Positions 18,913-28,596 of a stretch of 43,526 nucleotides of DNA are shown one piece after another (within the stretch, counting starts at the first letter, position 1; each line of letters begins with the position of its first letter). The notes under the pieces were generated by a model that ran no database searches, was not told the origin of the DNA, and saw nothing but the letters and a program-made list of their open reading frames with translations. Source of the stretch: Thermodesulfobacteriota bacterium (GTDB lineage: Bacteria > Desulfobacterota > Desulfobulbia > Desulfobulbales > Desulfobulbaceae); NCBI GenBank assembly GCA_034660835.1, contig JAYEKB010000113.1, forward strand, positions 1 through 43,526. Reading direction: 5' to 3'. A program made the translations under genes and the position numbers.

Positions 18913-19781
18913 AAGAGGTAGTCGTTCTGAGTGGCAAGGGCGGAGTAGGAAAAACATCTCTTGCTGCGGCAATTAGCACAATTCTGGCCGAAGATTCACG
19001 AGTGATGCTGGCAGACACGGATGTTGATGCACCTAACCTTCATCTTGTCTTGGGTGCAGTGCTTGAATCAACAGAAGATATTACTGCCTCGGAAAAGGCG
19101 TTTATTGATTACGATCTTTGCAGCCGTTGTATGACCTGTATTGATATTTGCAGGTTTTCAGCCATCACCGGTGATACGGAACCTGTTATCATCCATTATG
19201 CCTGTGAAGGATGTGGTGCCTGTGCGATCAGCTGTCCGGTGGATGCCATTGAGATACGACCGGTTGTTAACGGCAAGCTCAATCTGTTCAGCTGCGTTGG
19301 TCTACAGGTAGTTGCCGGTGCACTTAACATCGGAGAATCAAGCTCCGGTCGCCTGGTTGATGTGGTAAAAAAACAGGCCAGAAAAGAGGCCAAAGAGTGT
19401 AAGACGGACCTTCTCATTACCGACGGACCGCCGGGTATCGGCTGCCCTGTTATCGCCTCCATGAAGGATGCTGATTATGTGCTGCTGGTGACGGAACCAA
19501 CACCATCCGCCCTCCATGATTTGCAGCGGATAATTGAGGTGGCAGGTCATTTCAAAATGCCACTTGGGATTGTTATTAACCGGGCCGATATTCATCCCGA
19601 AACAAACACACTTATCAAGCAGTTCGCCTCAGAGAATGGCTTTGATCTCCTAGCCGAGATCCCCTATGACCCTTGCCTGCCCCGTGCTCTTTCTGAAGGA
19701 AAGCTTGCTGTTATGGCGTATCCGGATGCACCGTCATCACTGGTTATCAAGGAGTTGGCTTTCAGAGTGTTGCAATTATGA
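18909..19781 (+). CDS. MinD/ParA-superfamily P-loop ATPase with inserted 2x[4Fe-4S] ferredoxin domain (second paralogue)
   Basis: Signatures are 'LSGKGGVGKTSLAAA', 'CSRCMTCIDICR..CEGCGACAISCP' and 'LLITDGPPGIGC'. There is an ATGA start/stop overlap with the upstream paralogue. Confidence 0.85.
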   Translation: MKEVVVLSGKGGVGKTSLAAAISTILAEDSRVMLADTDVDAPNLHLVLGAVLESTEDITASEKAFIDYDLCSRCMTCIDICRFSAITGDTEPVIIHYACEGCGACAISCPVDAIEIRPVVNGKLNLFSCVGLQVVAGALNIGESSSGRLVDVVKKQARKEAKECKTDLLITDGPPGIGCPVIASMKDADYVLLVTEPTPSALHDLQRIIEVAGHFKMPLGIVINRADIHPETNTLIKQFASENGFDLLAEIPYDPCLPRALSEGKLAVMAYPDAPSSLVIKELAFRVLQL

Positions 19782-19847
19782 AAAACTTTTTTTGATTAAT
19801 GTAGTTGTATCCCAGGAGAGTTTACCACCGCAGGTTGCGGATAGGGT

Positions 19848-20432
19848 TTATTTTTTTGGATGAGATATCTTTGATCGTTTTAGAAAAAGCTCCTGCAAAC
19901 AGGATAGTGACAGGGAAAACATGGGAACCTCTTTTTCATAGGTTGTATAGTCCACACCAAATTTTTTCTTTGCCTCCGGTTCTTCCACAAACCGTATCAT
20001 TACGAGCATAAATAATACCTCCATCGGCCAGATTATAATGATAAAAGAAGGCGATCCTTCCAGCAGGGCAAGGGCCAGAGGAAAAAAGAGCAGAGCCAGA
20101 TGCATGGGATGACGCATGCATCTATAAAGCCCGGTGGTGACCAGACGGTTGGTCTCCATCCTGGGCAAATCGCCGACACGTCCGCCATGTGCCAACTGAC
20201 GCCCGGTATTTCGGGCACCGTTGATAACCAGGCGCAAGAGAATCGCACCGAAAACAAAAGAAACGAGATGGAAGGAGATACTGCAAAACAGATTAGGAAA
20301 AAGAGCCATATCCAGCAAGGGGCCGGCAATCAGTCCTCCAGTCAACAGAAGAAACCAGATTAATATTCTCATCATCTTTTCAAACCCAATCAGCAGAATT
20401 ACACCAAAAGCATTTGACCATAGGTAATACAT
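19848..20432 (-). CDS. isoprenylcysteine carboxyl / phospholipid methyltransferase-family membrane protein
   Basis: The protein is polytopic. 'LVTTGLYRCMRHPMHLALLFF...FVEEPEAKKKFGVDYTTYEKEVPMF' is the ICMT/PEMT C-terminal signature. The start is uncertain. Confidence 0.75.
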   Translation of the reverse strand: MYYLWSNAFGVILLIGFEKMMRILIWFLLLTGGLIAGPLLDMALFPNLFCSISFHLVSFVFGAILLRLVINGARNTGRQLAHGGRVGDLPRMETNRLVTTGLYRCMRHPMHLALLFFPLALALLEGSPSFIIIIWPMEVLFMLVMIRFVEEPEAKKKFGVDYTTYEKEVPMFSLSLSCLQELFLKRSKISHPKK

Positions 20433-20538
20433 GCCCTGCCGGATTTTCTGCTTATACCTTCAACGAAGTTTGCAAAGACGTGTGGTAAGTTCCTTTACCC
20501 TTTATTGCACCGGCTATGGAGGGTATCTTTTTGTTTTA

Positions 20539-21351
20539 CTATTCGCTGTAAAGTACCGCCGATCCGTAACCTACAACACTCGATCTGTCTTTGGTGGCCC
20601 AGGAACTGGTGCGGTAATCAAGCAGTTTTGTCTGCAATGAGAGCGCCTTGGCAGACAAAAGTATCGCTTCCACGCCGATCTTTCCACAGGCTTCGCACCC
20701 CTGATGCAGTAGGGGTACATCCCGTTCATCGATCGCTTTCATACAGATGTCGTCGAGCCGGTTCGCCTCCTCTTCCGTGTGGAAATGGCTGAGGTCGGTG
20801 CTGATAATGACGAGGTTGTCAGGATCTTCCAAAAGGGCAATAATGATCCGGGAGAGTTCTTGCGGGCTGTAGAACCCATAGACCATCTCGATCACCTGCA
20901 TCTGCGGGGCATAGTATTTGATGAAAGGCATTTGCACTTCCGTGGAGTGTTCGCGGTGCATTCTCTCGTCAAAGGCGATGTCGAACTTCTCTTTGAGCAT
21001 CTGCGCATAGGGCAGATCGACATTGAGTGTTCCAAAAGGGGTCTCGTAGCTGTCATAAAGCGATATGCTCATTCCCTCAAAGGCGACGCTGTGCGAGGGG
21101 CCGATGACGATGGCCCGCTTGCTTTTGGTGTGCTCAAGCTGCATGTAGGCTAGGTTGGCAGTAAAGCCGGAGTAGATGTAGCCAGCATGTGGGACGATGA
21201 AGGCACGGATATTCTCTTTCAATACCACTTTCTCGACTTTGTCGAACGCTTCGATATATTGTGTGATGGTCTCTGCACTGTCGGGATAGAACGTCCCCGC
21301 ATGTGCGCTGTGCCGTATACTATAACCAGATTCCTTCAATTGTTTCTTCAC
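20539..21351 (-). CDS. amrB: AmmeMemoRadiSam system protein B (MEMO1 family)
   Basis: 'HAGTFYPDS' and 'FIVPHAGYIYSGFTANLAY' are Memo-family metal-site motifs. The length is 270 aa. Confidence 0.85.
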   Translation of the reverse strand: MKKQLKESGYSIRHSAHAGTFYPDSAETITQYIEAFDKVEKVVLKENIRAFIVPHAGYIYSGFTANLAYMQLEHTKSKRAIVIGPSHSVAFEGMSISLYDSYETPFGTLNVDLPYAQMLKEKFDIAFDERMHREHSTEVQMPFIKYYAPQMQVIEMVYGFYSPQELSRIIIALLEDPDNLVIISTDLSHFHTEEEANRLDDICMKAIDERDVPLLHQGCEACGKIGVEAILLSAKALSLQTKLLDYRTSSWATKDRSSVVGYGSAVLYSE

Positions 21352-21419
21352 TGTCTTCGGTTCGATATGGTGCTGTACCTATAGAATAGGATGTTGGAAG
21401 CAGTTACCGTTGAGACAGA

Positions 21420-21456
21420 CAAAAATGCCCTAACTGCTTGAAGCTATCAGGGCATT
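21420..21456 (-). terminator. candidate rho-independent terminator downstream of hsp20
   Basis: On the minus strand the 8-bp stem AATGCCCT/AGGGCATT has a 17-nt loop and runs into TTTTTG. Confidence 0.5.
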
Positions 21457-21484
21457 TCTTTTAATAACCTATAAAAATTGTTTT

Positions 21485-21970
21485 TTAGCTGATTGTAACT
21501 TTTTTCTGCTTGCCTTCCTTGGTCTTGGGGAGACGAACCTCCAGGACACCGTCCTTGAACGAGGCCTTAACCTTATCGCCGTTCACATTTTCCGGTAGCC
21601 GGAAGCTGCGGCAGAAGGAACCGTAGCTGCGCTCCACCCGGTAATAATCCTTTTTCTCCACCTTTTCCTCCTGCTTCTTCTCGCCGGAGATGGTCACCGT
21701 GTTCTCAGTGATGGAAACATTCACATCCTCCTTGTTCATTCCCGGCATCTCGGCCTTGATCACCATATTACCTTTTTCTTCAAAGATATCGACGGACGGC
21801 GAGATGTCCTCCATCTTGGGAAAATCAAATGCAGGCCACGTGGGACGCATCATCATGGAAAATGGATGGCGGAGAAACCTGTCAAAATTGCTCTCCATTT
21901 CCTCAAACATTGAAACAGGGCGAACCTCTTCCTTTTTAACCAGTTCAGCTTTTGCTTCTTTCTTTGCCAT
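21485..21970 (-). CDS. Hsp20/alpha-crystallin small heat-shock protein
   Basis: 'DIFEEKGNMVIKAEMPGMNKEDVNVSI..TISGEKK...YYRVERSYGSFCRSFRLPENVNGDKVKASFKDGVLEVRLPK' is the alpha-crystallin domain. I chose ATG 21970 because AGGAGG lies 6 nt upstream. Confidence 0.9.
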   Translation of the reverse strand: MAKKEAKAELVKKEEVRPVSMFEEMESNFDRFLRHPFSMMMRPTWPAFDFPKMEDISPSVDIFEEKGNMVIKAEMPGMNKEDVNVSITENTVTISGEKKQEEKVEKKDYYRVERSYGSFCRSFRLPENVNGDKVKASFKDGVLEVRLPKTKEGKQKKVTIS

Positions 21971-22181
21971 GGTCATCCTCCTGTTTAAGAAATTATAACT
22001 GCCTCCAATTAACAATATAATTATTGTTAATAATATGTTAATAGCAAGATTTTATTAACGAATTAACTTACTTATTTTACTTGTGTAAATTTATCTAAAT
22101 GAACCATGCGAGAACGTATAAAGGGAAATGCACCCCTGAAGATTCCATTCCGGTTATTTAATATTTTTCTCGTATGATTTT

Positions 22182-23459
<1,278 letters not shown>

Positions 23460-23506
23460 TTAAATTCTTGATTAGAAGGAAGACAGATGCTGAAGATTCT
23501 CTTTAG

Positions 23507-24241
23507 TCAGGCCTTTGATAAGACGATAACCACGGCTACCAGGATGCCTCCTCCCAAGGCAATTAAACTGTATTTCTTGTGCTCCTGCTCCGCTTTGGGC
23601 AAGAGGTGCGTTGCTCCGACATACACTAGGGCACCTGCCGAAAACGATAGCAACGCACCAAGCATGGGCTGATCGATTTTGCTGATGGTCGGGTAGGAGA
23701 GTACCATGCCTAGCGGAGTAGTTATAGCCGCTGCAAGGAAGGACAAGGCCAAGGAGGCCCGTTCACTGAAACCGCTCCGAATCAATAAAAGATAGGTAAT
23801 AATGCCCTCGGGAAATTCGTGTAACACCATGCCGGCAGTTGCCATGAAACCGGTAAAGATGCTGACAGTGAAAGCTATGGAATAGATAATCCCGTCAATA
23901 AAAGAATGAAAACCAATGCCTATCATGGGTACTATCCCGATAGCATATTCAGCCTTCTCCACATCTTTGTCACAGACGAAGGCCGTCACAAAGCGATTAA
24001 ACACATGCAACCCAAAGAATCCCAAAAGGAGATATATAGATGCGTTGGGATTCATGGAGAAAGACTTGGGAATGATGTGAAGAAAAGAGGCGGATATAAG
24101 AACACCTGCGGCGAAACACATAAAATAGGTGATGTTACGACGACCCCAGTCGGAAAATCTCCGTATTGTGTAGATGCCAACGCTAGTAACGATAGCTGCA
24201 GTAGAACTCGTTGCCAGTGCTGTCCAAAACGTATTTTCCAT
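23507..24241 (-). CDS. ZIP-family divalent metal transporter (second copy)
   Basis: The protein is polytopic, with the ZIP motif 'HEFPEGIITY' and 'HSFIDGI'. It lies directly downstream of the C4 Zn-ribbon gene. Confidence 0.85.
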   Translation of the reverse strand: MENTFWTALATSSTAAIVTSVGIYTIRRFSDWGRRNITYFMCFAAGVLISASFLHIIPKSFSMNPNASIYLLLGFFGLHVFNRFVTAFVCDKDVEKAEYAIGIVPMIGIGFHSFIDGIIYSIAFTVSIFTGFMATAGMVLHEFPEGIITYLLLIRSGFSERASLALSFLAAAITTPLGMVLSYPTISKIDQPMLGALLSFSAGALVYVGATHLLPKAEQEHKKYSLIALGGGILVAVVIVLSKA

Positions 24242-24336
24242 TGTTCAGCCCCTGTTTTTTACCCTTTATACAGAATAATTCAGACTCGCCTTTCCAGATC
24301 CTTTGACAAAGAAGAGCTTCATAATCATTTTTTCTT

Positions 24337-24513
24337 TTAAGGTCTTCTACCCCCTCCTCGTGGGCCTATTCCATGACCGCCGATATCGACCCTGTGAATA
24401 TTGTTGCTGCCGCATTTCGGACAGACCATATCTCTGCCTGCACCTCCGGAACCGTAAGGTTCTACCCACTCATGACCACAGACGGAACACTTAAACTTTC
24501 TCTGTTCAGACAT
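24337..24513 (-). CDS. small C4 Zn-ribbon protein with Arg/Gly-rich tail
   Basis: 'MSEQRKFKCSVCGHEWVEPYG..MVCPKCGSNNIHRVDIGGHGIGPRGGGRRP'. The SD GAGGAGGG lies before ATG 24513. It is a paralogue of 11611-11793. Confidence 0.7.
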   Translation of the reverse strand: MSEQRKFKCSVCGHEWVEPYGSGGAGRDMVCPKCGSNNIHRVDIGGHGIGPRGGGRRP

Positions 24514-24558
24514 GATTTCCCTCCTCATGTTTTTTCAGGGTAAAATGACTGTAGGGTG

Positions 24559-24689
24559 CCTTGAAAAATTAGATATTTCGTTTGAGTTCAAGGAACAGCG
24601 GAAATTAAAAGCGCAGCATATTAGTCATATGTGAGCACTTTAATTTTCGCTGTGACGCAGAAATCGGGCGAAATAGCAATTTTTCAAGG
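24559..24689. repeat. 131-bp three-tier imperfect palindrome (long hairpin)
   Basis: The outer arms are CCTTGAAAAATT..TATTTCG (24559-24580) and CGAAATA..AATTTTTCAAGG (24669-24689). The inner arms are CAGCGGAAATTAAAAGCGC (24596-24614) and GCACTTTAATTTTCGCTG (24635-24652). The apex is CATAT-tagtc-ATATG. Confidence 0.8.
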
Positions 24690-24795
24690 TGGCCTGTAAA
24701 TAAAAACTCCGACAAACCGTTATGGGCCTCCCCGGCCCGGTGTGCAGAAAAGACCCATTCTGTTCCTTCAGCTTGAAGAAAACTGCGTGGAGAAT

Positions 24796-25452
24796 TTAAG
24801 CTAAATAGTAAACGTTTGGTTTTGTCATTGTTTTCGGTCTGTCAGTGATTTTCACGAACTTTCCATCCTTCCCGGCAAGGACATAGGCTCTATCTTTTTC
24901 CTTGCTCAAGAGACGGCTAACCTCACTTTGAGAATCCAGTAAATCCCCAAAATAAAGAGCATGCCCCTGACAGGTCCTTACACAGGCAGGTAGTTCTCCT
25001 TTGTTGATAAATTCAACGCAAAAAGTACACTTGTCTGCTCGTTCTGCAGGTGCACTTGGGCTGGAAAACACCCTTAAATATGGCTTGCCATATGGGCAGG
25101 CATCAACGCAACTCCCGTCCCCTTCGCATTTATCGTAATCCACCAGCACAATACCATCTTCATTCTTTGTAATGGCATCTACCGGACAAGCCTCAACGCA
25201 AGCAGGTTCATCACAGTGCATGCATGGTTCAAACACGGAAAGCATATTTCCGTCTTCCCGGATGGATTCCGCTAACCTGCTGTTCATTTGCTGGACATCC
25301 CCATCAAGCCAGGCCATGATTTCTTTCCGCATCAGTACCGGATCATCAAGCTCACGATTTATCGGGCTATTCCAGGTCATACTGCATATGGCTATGCAAC
25401 CTTTGCAATCAATACACTTCCTTAAGTCTATAACCATCCCGTACTTTTTCAT
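24796..25452 (-). CDS. 4Fe-4S dicluster electron-transfer subunit of a Mo/W-bisPGD oxidoreductase
   Basis: 'MKKYGMVIDLRKCIDCKGCIAICS' and further CxxCxxCxxxCP groups are typical of DmsB/PsrB/FdhB-type subunits. It starts 1 nt after the stop of the catalytic subunit gene. Confidence 0.9.
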   Translation of the reverse strand: MKKYGMVIDLRKCIDCKGCIAICSMTWNSPINRELDDPVLMRKEIMAWLDGDVQQMNSRLAESIREDGNMLSVFEPCMHCDEPACVEACPVDAITKNEDGIVLVDYDKCEGDGSCVDACPYGKPYLRVFSSPSAPAERADKCTFCVEFINKGELPACVRTCQGHALYFGDLLDSQSEVSRLLSKEKDRAYVLAGKDGKFVKITDRPKTMTKPNVYYLA

Positions 25453-25453
25453 T

Positions 25454-28138
25454 TTACACCTCTGTTTTGATAATTCTTACAGAAACATATTGAAAACCAG
25501 GCTCCTTGGACGCTGGATCGTAAAAGTCAGCAGTGATAATGTTGCCGGCAGTCGTGCCGGGAGGTTTCTCAAATTTGGATCGAAAGTAATCTACAGCTGC
25601 ACCAAAGCACCAGGGAATCCACACGAAGCCCTCCCGAGGCGGCATGGCTTTTTCAATGCGTGCTTTAACGGTTATGTATCCTCTTTTGCTCTCAACCCTC
25701 ACTGTCTCGCCATCTTTAATCTTTAGCTTTCCGGCATCCTGTTCACAGATGGCGACAAAAGGTTCAGGTAAAAGTATTTGGTTCAACATGCATCGTCCGG
25801 TTTGGGCTCTCGTATGCCAGTGTTCCAATCGAACCGGAAGGCCGGCAACCATGGGAAATTCTTTGGTTACAGCATCTTTCTCTTGAACATTGTCCCATAA
25901 CCAACCCCTCATTTTGCCGTTGGGTGTGGCGAAACGTTTGCCAAATTTTCTCTCGTACTTTTCGTCATAGAGGATAGCGGTCCCCTTATCTGTAAGAGAA
26001 GTTACGGGATACTTAAAACCAGTATATCCTTTAAAATCCTTTTCAGTTCTTAATCGCTGATAGGTTATTCCGCTGACATCGTTTGAGGGAACCCCCTTGG
26101 AGATTAGCGCCAAATCCATCCAGAGGAGTTCTGCCAGCCTTGGAGAGATTTCCCTTACCCGGTCAAAGTTCCCATCTATATCATCAAAGACGGCGATTTC
26201 TTTTTCCCCTACCCTGTTTAAAAGGAAATCAAGGAGTTTTGCCTCCCGCTGCCTCCCCTTTCCTTTCAGCTTTTTTGAATATCGATAGGCAAACGCCAGC
26301 AGTATCGTCGAATCAGACAGTGCTTTGCCAGGTGGAGATACCGCCATTTCGTGGAGTTGTATTCTTCTGTCCGTATTTGAATAGGTGCCGGTGGCTTCCC
26401 CTGAAAGTGTTGCTGCCGGCAGGAGAACATCAGCATAAAAGGCAGTCTCATTCTTATTGAAGATGTCCTGCACAACTACCAACTCAGCCTTTTGTAATGC
26501 GCTGTTGACCATGTTCAAATCGGGCATGGACACCATGGGATTGGTACACATGATCCAGATACCCTTAATTCCGCCTGTTCCAATGCCCTTGAACATATCC
26601 ACGGCTGTTTTACCTAATCTGGACAGGCCGTCCGGCATCTCCAGGTTATCCATAAGCATGGAGTAGATATCCTGGTCTCCATTAGAAAGGGTCTGCGCAA
26701 ATTCTCTTCTGACTTTGGGTACAGGTTGATTTCTGTTGGCAGGCAGCCTCCCTACTATAGATCCGCCCAGTCGTTGTCCCAGGCCGTTTGGCTGGCCAAC
26801 AGTGGGGTTGACACCGGAACCTTTTTTGCCGATCCGACCCGCCACAGCATGAAGTGTGAAGAGCGCGGTTCCTTTCGCAACACCGGTAGTCGTATGCCCG
26901 AATCCCTGAAGGAAAATGGACATGGTGTTCTTTTTCCTGGAAAACAGCCGGGCAAGTTTCTTGATATCTTCCGCCGGAATGCCGATTTGCTCTTGAACAT
27001 CTTCGGGCCGGAACTTTTTAACGTGCTCCGCATAAAGCGCAAAACCCTCAAGCCCAGATGCCAGTTTGAGGTCTTTAAAGGTCAAGGGGCCTCGTTTACC
27101 TAATTTGCCGAGTACTGAATAATCACCTTTGAAAAATTCAACATACCGGCTGATAAAATCAAGGTCGATGTGTTGCGCCTGCACTTTCCCTTCTTTAAGA
27201 AGGGATATCCATTGTGCTGCATCGCCACCATAATTTTTATTTACCCCTTCAAAATCGTATATAAGCGTATATGCAATGCTGTTAATAAGATTAATGTCCT
27301 GGGCCGGCTTAATTGGGATATACATGTCCCCTTTTGTATAATCTAAGATCTTGCATGCCCGTATCTTAACCGGGTCAATGATAATCAGCCGCAGCTCATC
27401 ATTCTTTGCTTTTGCATCTGCAATTTTGCCGAACCAGCCCGGAAGGCTGTCAGCCATATTACAGCCGAAAATAAAGAGATTGTCTGTTTCATAAACGTCG
27501 TCATAGTCCATAGGCGGGGCATCCGTGCCCAGCGATGCGACATGGCTGATGACGTGTGTCGCCTGGCACAGCCTGCCATTATTGTCGACGTGTATATTCA
27601 TGCCCAATTTCATAAAAAGGGCCTGGGCATATTCTGTCTCGTTGGAAACGTGGCCGCTTCCGTAAAATGCGAAATCTCTCTTGTCTCCGGAGAATTTTCT
27701 TGTATATTGTTCAACCTCGTCCGCGATCAGATCCAGAGCCTCATTCCAGGAGGCCTTTTTAAATCTTTTAAAACCACCCCTTAATTTTTTATCCCTTATC
27801 ATGGGAGAGAGAATTCTATCCTCAGTTCCCGGTGCTCCGGGTAACCGTAAATCAGGCAGGGTAGCTCCTTTAATGCAGAGTCTTCCTTCATTCCAGGCCG
27901 CAGGATTCCCGCTGACCGAAATAATGCGATTTTCTCTAACGCCGTACAACAGTCCGCAACCACAGGCGCAATAAGGGCAGATGGCCGGAACAAATCGGTC
28001 GACATCAAATGTGTCGGCAAACGCTTCCGGTGCTGATAAAAAACTTTGCAGTTCATTCTTATCCTTGAAAAAAACTCTTCCGGAAGAAGTTGCTATCATC
28101 AGGAAAAGACTTCCTTTAAGAAAATCCCTTCTTTTCAT
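25454..28138 (-). CDS. Tat-exported molybdopterin (Mo/W-bisPGD) oxidoreductase catalytic subunit, Cys-ligand type, substrate unknown
   Basis: The twin-arginine signal is 'MKRRDFLKGSLFLMIATSSG'. The FS0 motif is 'CPYCACGCGLL..RLCIKG'. The putative Mo-ligand context is 'NNGRLCQATHV'. I chose ATG 28138 because AGGAGGAG lies just upstream; the listed ORF extends to 28189. Confidence 0.9.
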   Translation of the reverse strand: MKRRDFLKGSLFLMIATSSGRVFFKDKNELQSFLSAPEAFADTFDVDRFVPAICPYCACGCGLLYGVRENRIISVSGNPAAWNEGRLCIKGATLPDLRLPGAPGTEDRILSPMIRDKKLRGGFKRFKKASWNEALDLIADEVEQYTRKFSGDKRDFAFYGSGHVSNETEYAQALFMKLGMNIHVDNNGRLCQATHVISHVASLGTDAPPMDYDDVYETDNLFIFGCNMADSLPGWFGKIADAKAKNDELRLIIIDPVKIRACKILDYTKGDMYIPIKPAQDINLINSIAYTLIYDFEGVNKNYGGDAAQWISLLKEGKVQAQHIDLDFISRYVEFFKGDYSVLGKLGKRGPLTFKDLKLASGLEGFALYAEHVKKFRPEDVQEQIGIPAEDIKKLARLFSRKKNTMSIFLQGFGHTTTGVAKGTALFTLHAVAGRIGKKGSGVNPTVGQPNGLGQRLGGSIVGRLPANRNQPVPKVRREFAQTLSNGDQDIYSMLMDNLEMPDGLSRLGKTAVDMFKGIGTGGIKGIWIMCTNPMVSMPDLNMVNSALQKAELVVVQDIFNKNETAFYADVLLPAATLSGEATGTYSNTDRRIQLHEMAVSPPGKALSDSTILLAFAYRYSKKLKGKGRQREAKLLDFLLNRVGEKEIAVFDDIDGNFDRVREISPRLAELLWMDLALISKGVPSNDVSGITYQRLRTEKDFKGYTGFKYPVTSLTDKGTAILYDEKYERKFGKRFATPNGKMRGWLWDNVQEKDAVTKEFPMVAGLPVRLEHWHTRAQTGRCMLNQILLPEPFVAICEQDAGKLKIKDGETVRVESKRGYITVKARIEKAMPPREGFVWIPWCFGAAVDYFRSKFEKPPGTTAGNIITADFYDPASKEPGFQYVSVRIIKTEV

Positions 28139-28352
28139 TTTCTCCTCCTGTTTGAAAAATTCTTTCTTTAATCCTTCATTCATTTGCAACTGAAGGAAAA
28201 CCCGGTGGAAATTCGGTAACGCTTTGAAGCATCCCGGCTGTGTATCTATTTATCGCATAATGAAACCTTCCTTAGTAATGTGTGATATAAGTTAGAAATC
28301 GAGGGTGGATAGTAGGTATCATAAGTTCTATGATTTCTAAAATAGCAGCAGC

Positions 28353-28445
28353 TTAGAGTCGGCAATCCTCCAAGGCCGGCATAGCAGCCACAACCATCCG
28401 TAATACAACAGCAAATGTAGAAATAGAAAACTTACGATGTCTCAT
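28353..28445 (-). CDS. candidate 30-aa small ORF upstream of the oxidoreductase operon
   Basis: Hand translation gives MRHRKFSISTFAVVLRMVVAAMPALEDCRL*. A strong SD (AAAGGAGG) lies 7 nt upstream of ATG 28445. The core is hydrophobic. No homology could be assessed. Confidence 0.25.
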   Translation of the reverse strand: MRHRKFSISTFAVVLRMVVAAMPALEDCRL

Positions 28446-28481
28446 TTTTGAACCTCCTTTCTGCTATCATTTATTTACAAT

Positions 28482-28520
28482 AAAAAAAGCCGAACTACCT
28501 TTCTCCAAGGCAGCCCGGCT
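28482..28520 (-). terminator. candidate rho-independent terminator (strand-specific)
   Basis: The minus-strand RNA AGCCGGGCUGCC-UUGGAGAAA-GGUAGUUCGGCU forms a 12-bp stem (3 G-U pairs) followed by U7. On the plus strand the G-U pairs would become A-C mismatches. Confidence 0.55.
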
Positions 28521-28596
28521 ATCTAACAGACCCGTGACTTTCCGTCCCTGTCTTGCGGCAGGTTTGGCTTTGTCTTATTTCCAGATGAAAATTACT

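Noticed and set aside
25454-28138. Selenocysteine (in-frame TGA) recoding in the Mo/W enzyme
   Set aside because: The ORF is uninterrupted and the ligand position is a Cys codon, so there is no evidence for Sec.
28190-28230. Sigma-54-like GG..GC elements (CCGGGTTTTCCTTCAGTTGCA) upstream of the oxidoreductase gene
   Set aside because: The spacing between the GG and GC dinucleotides does not match the TGGCAC-N5-TTGC consensus.
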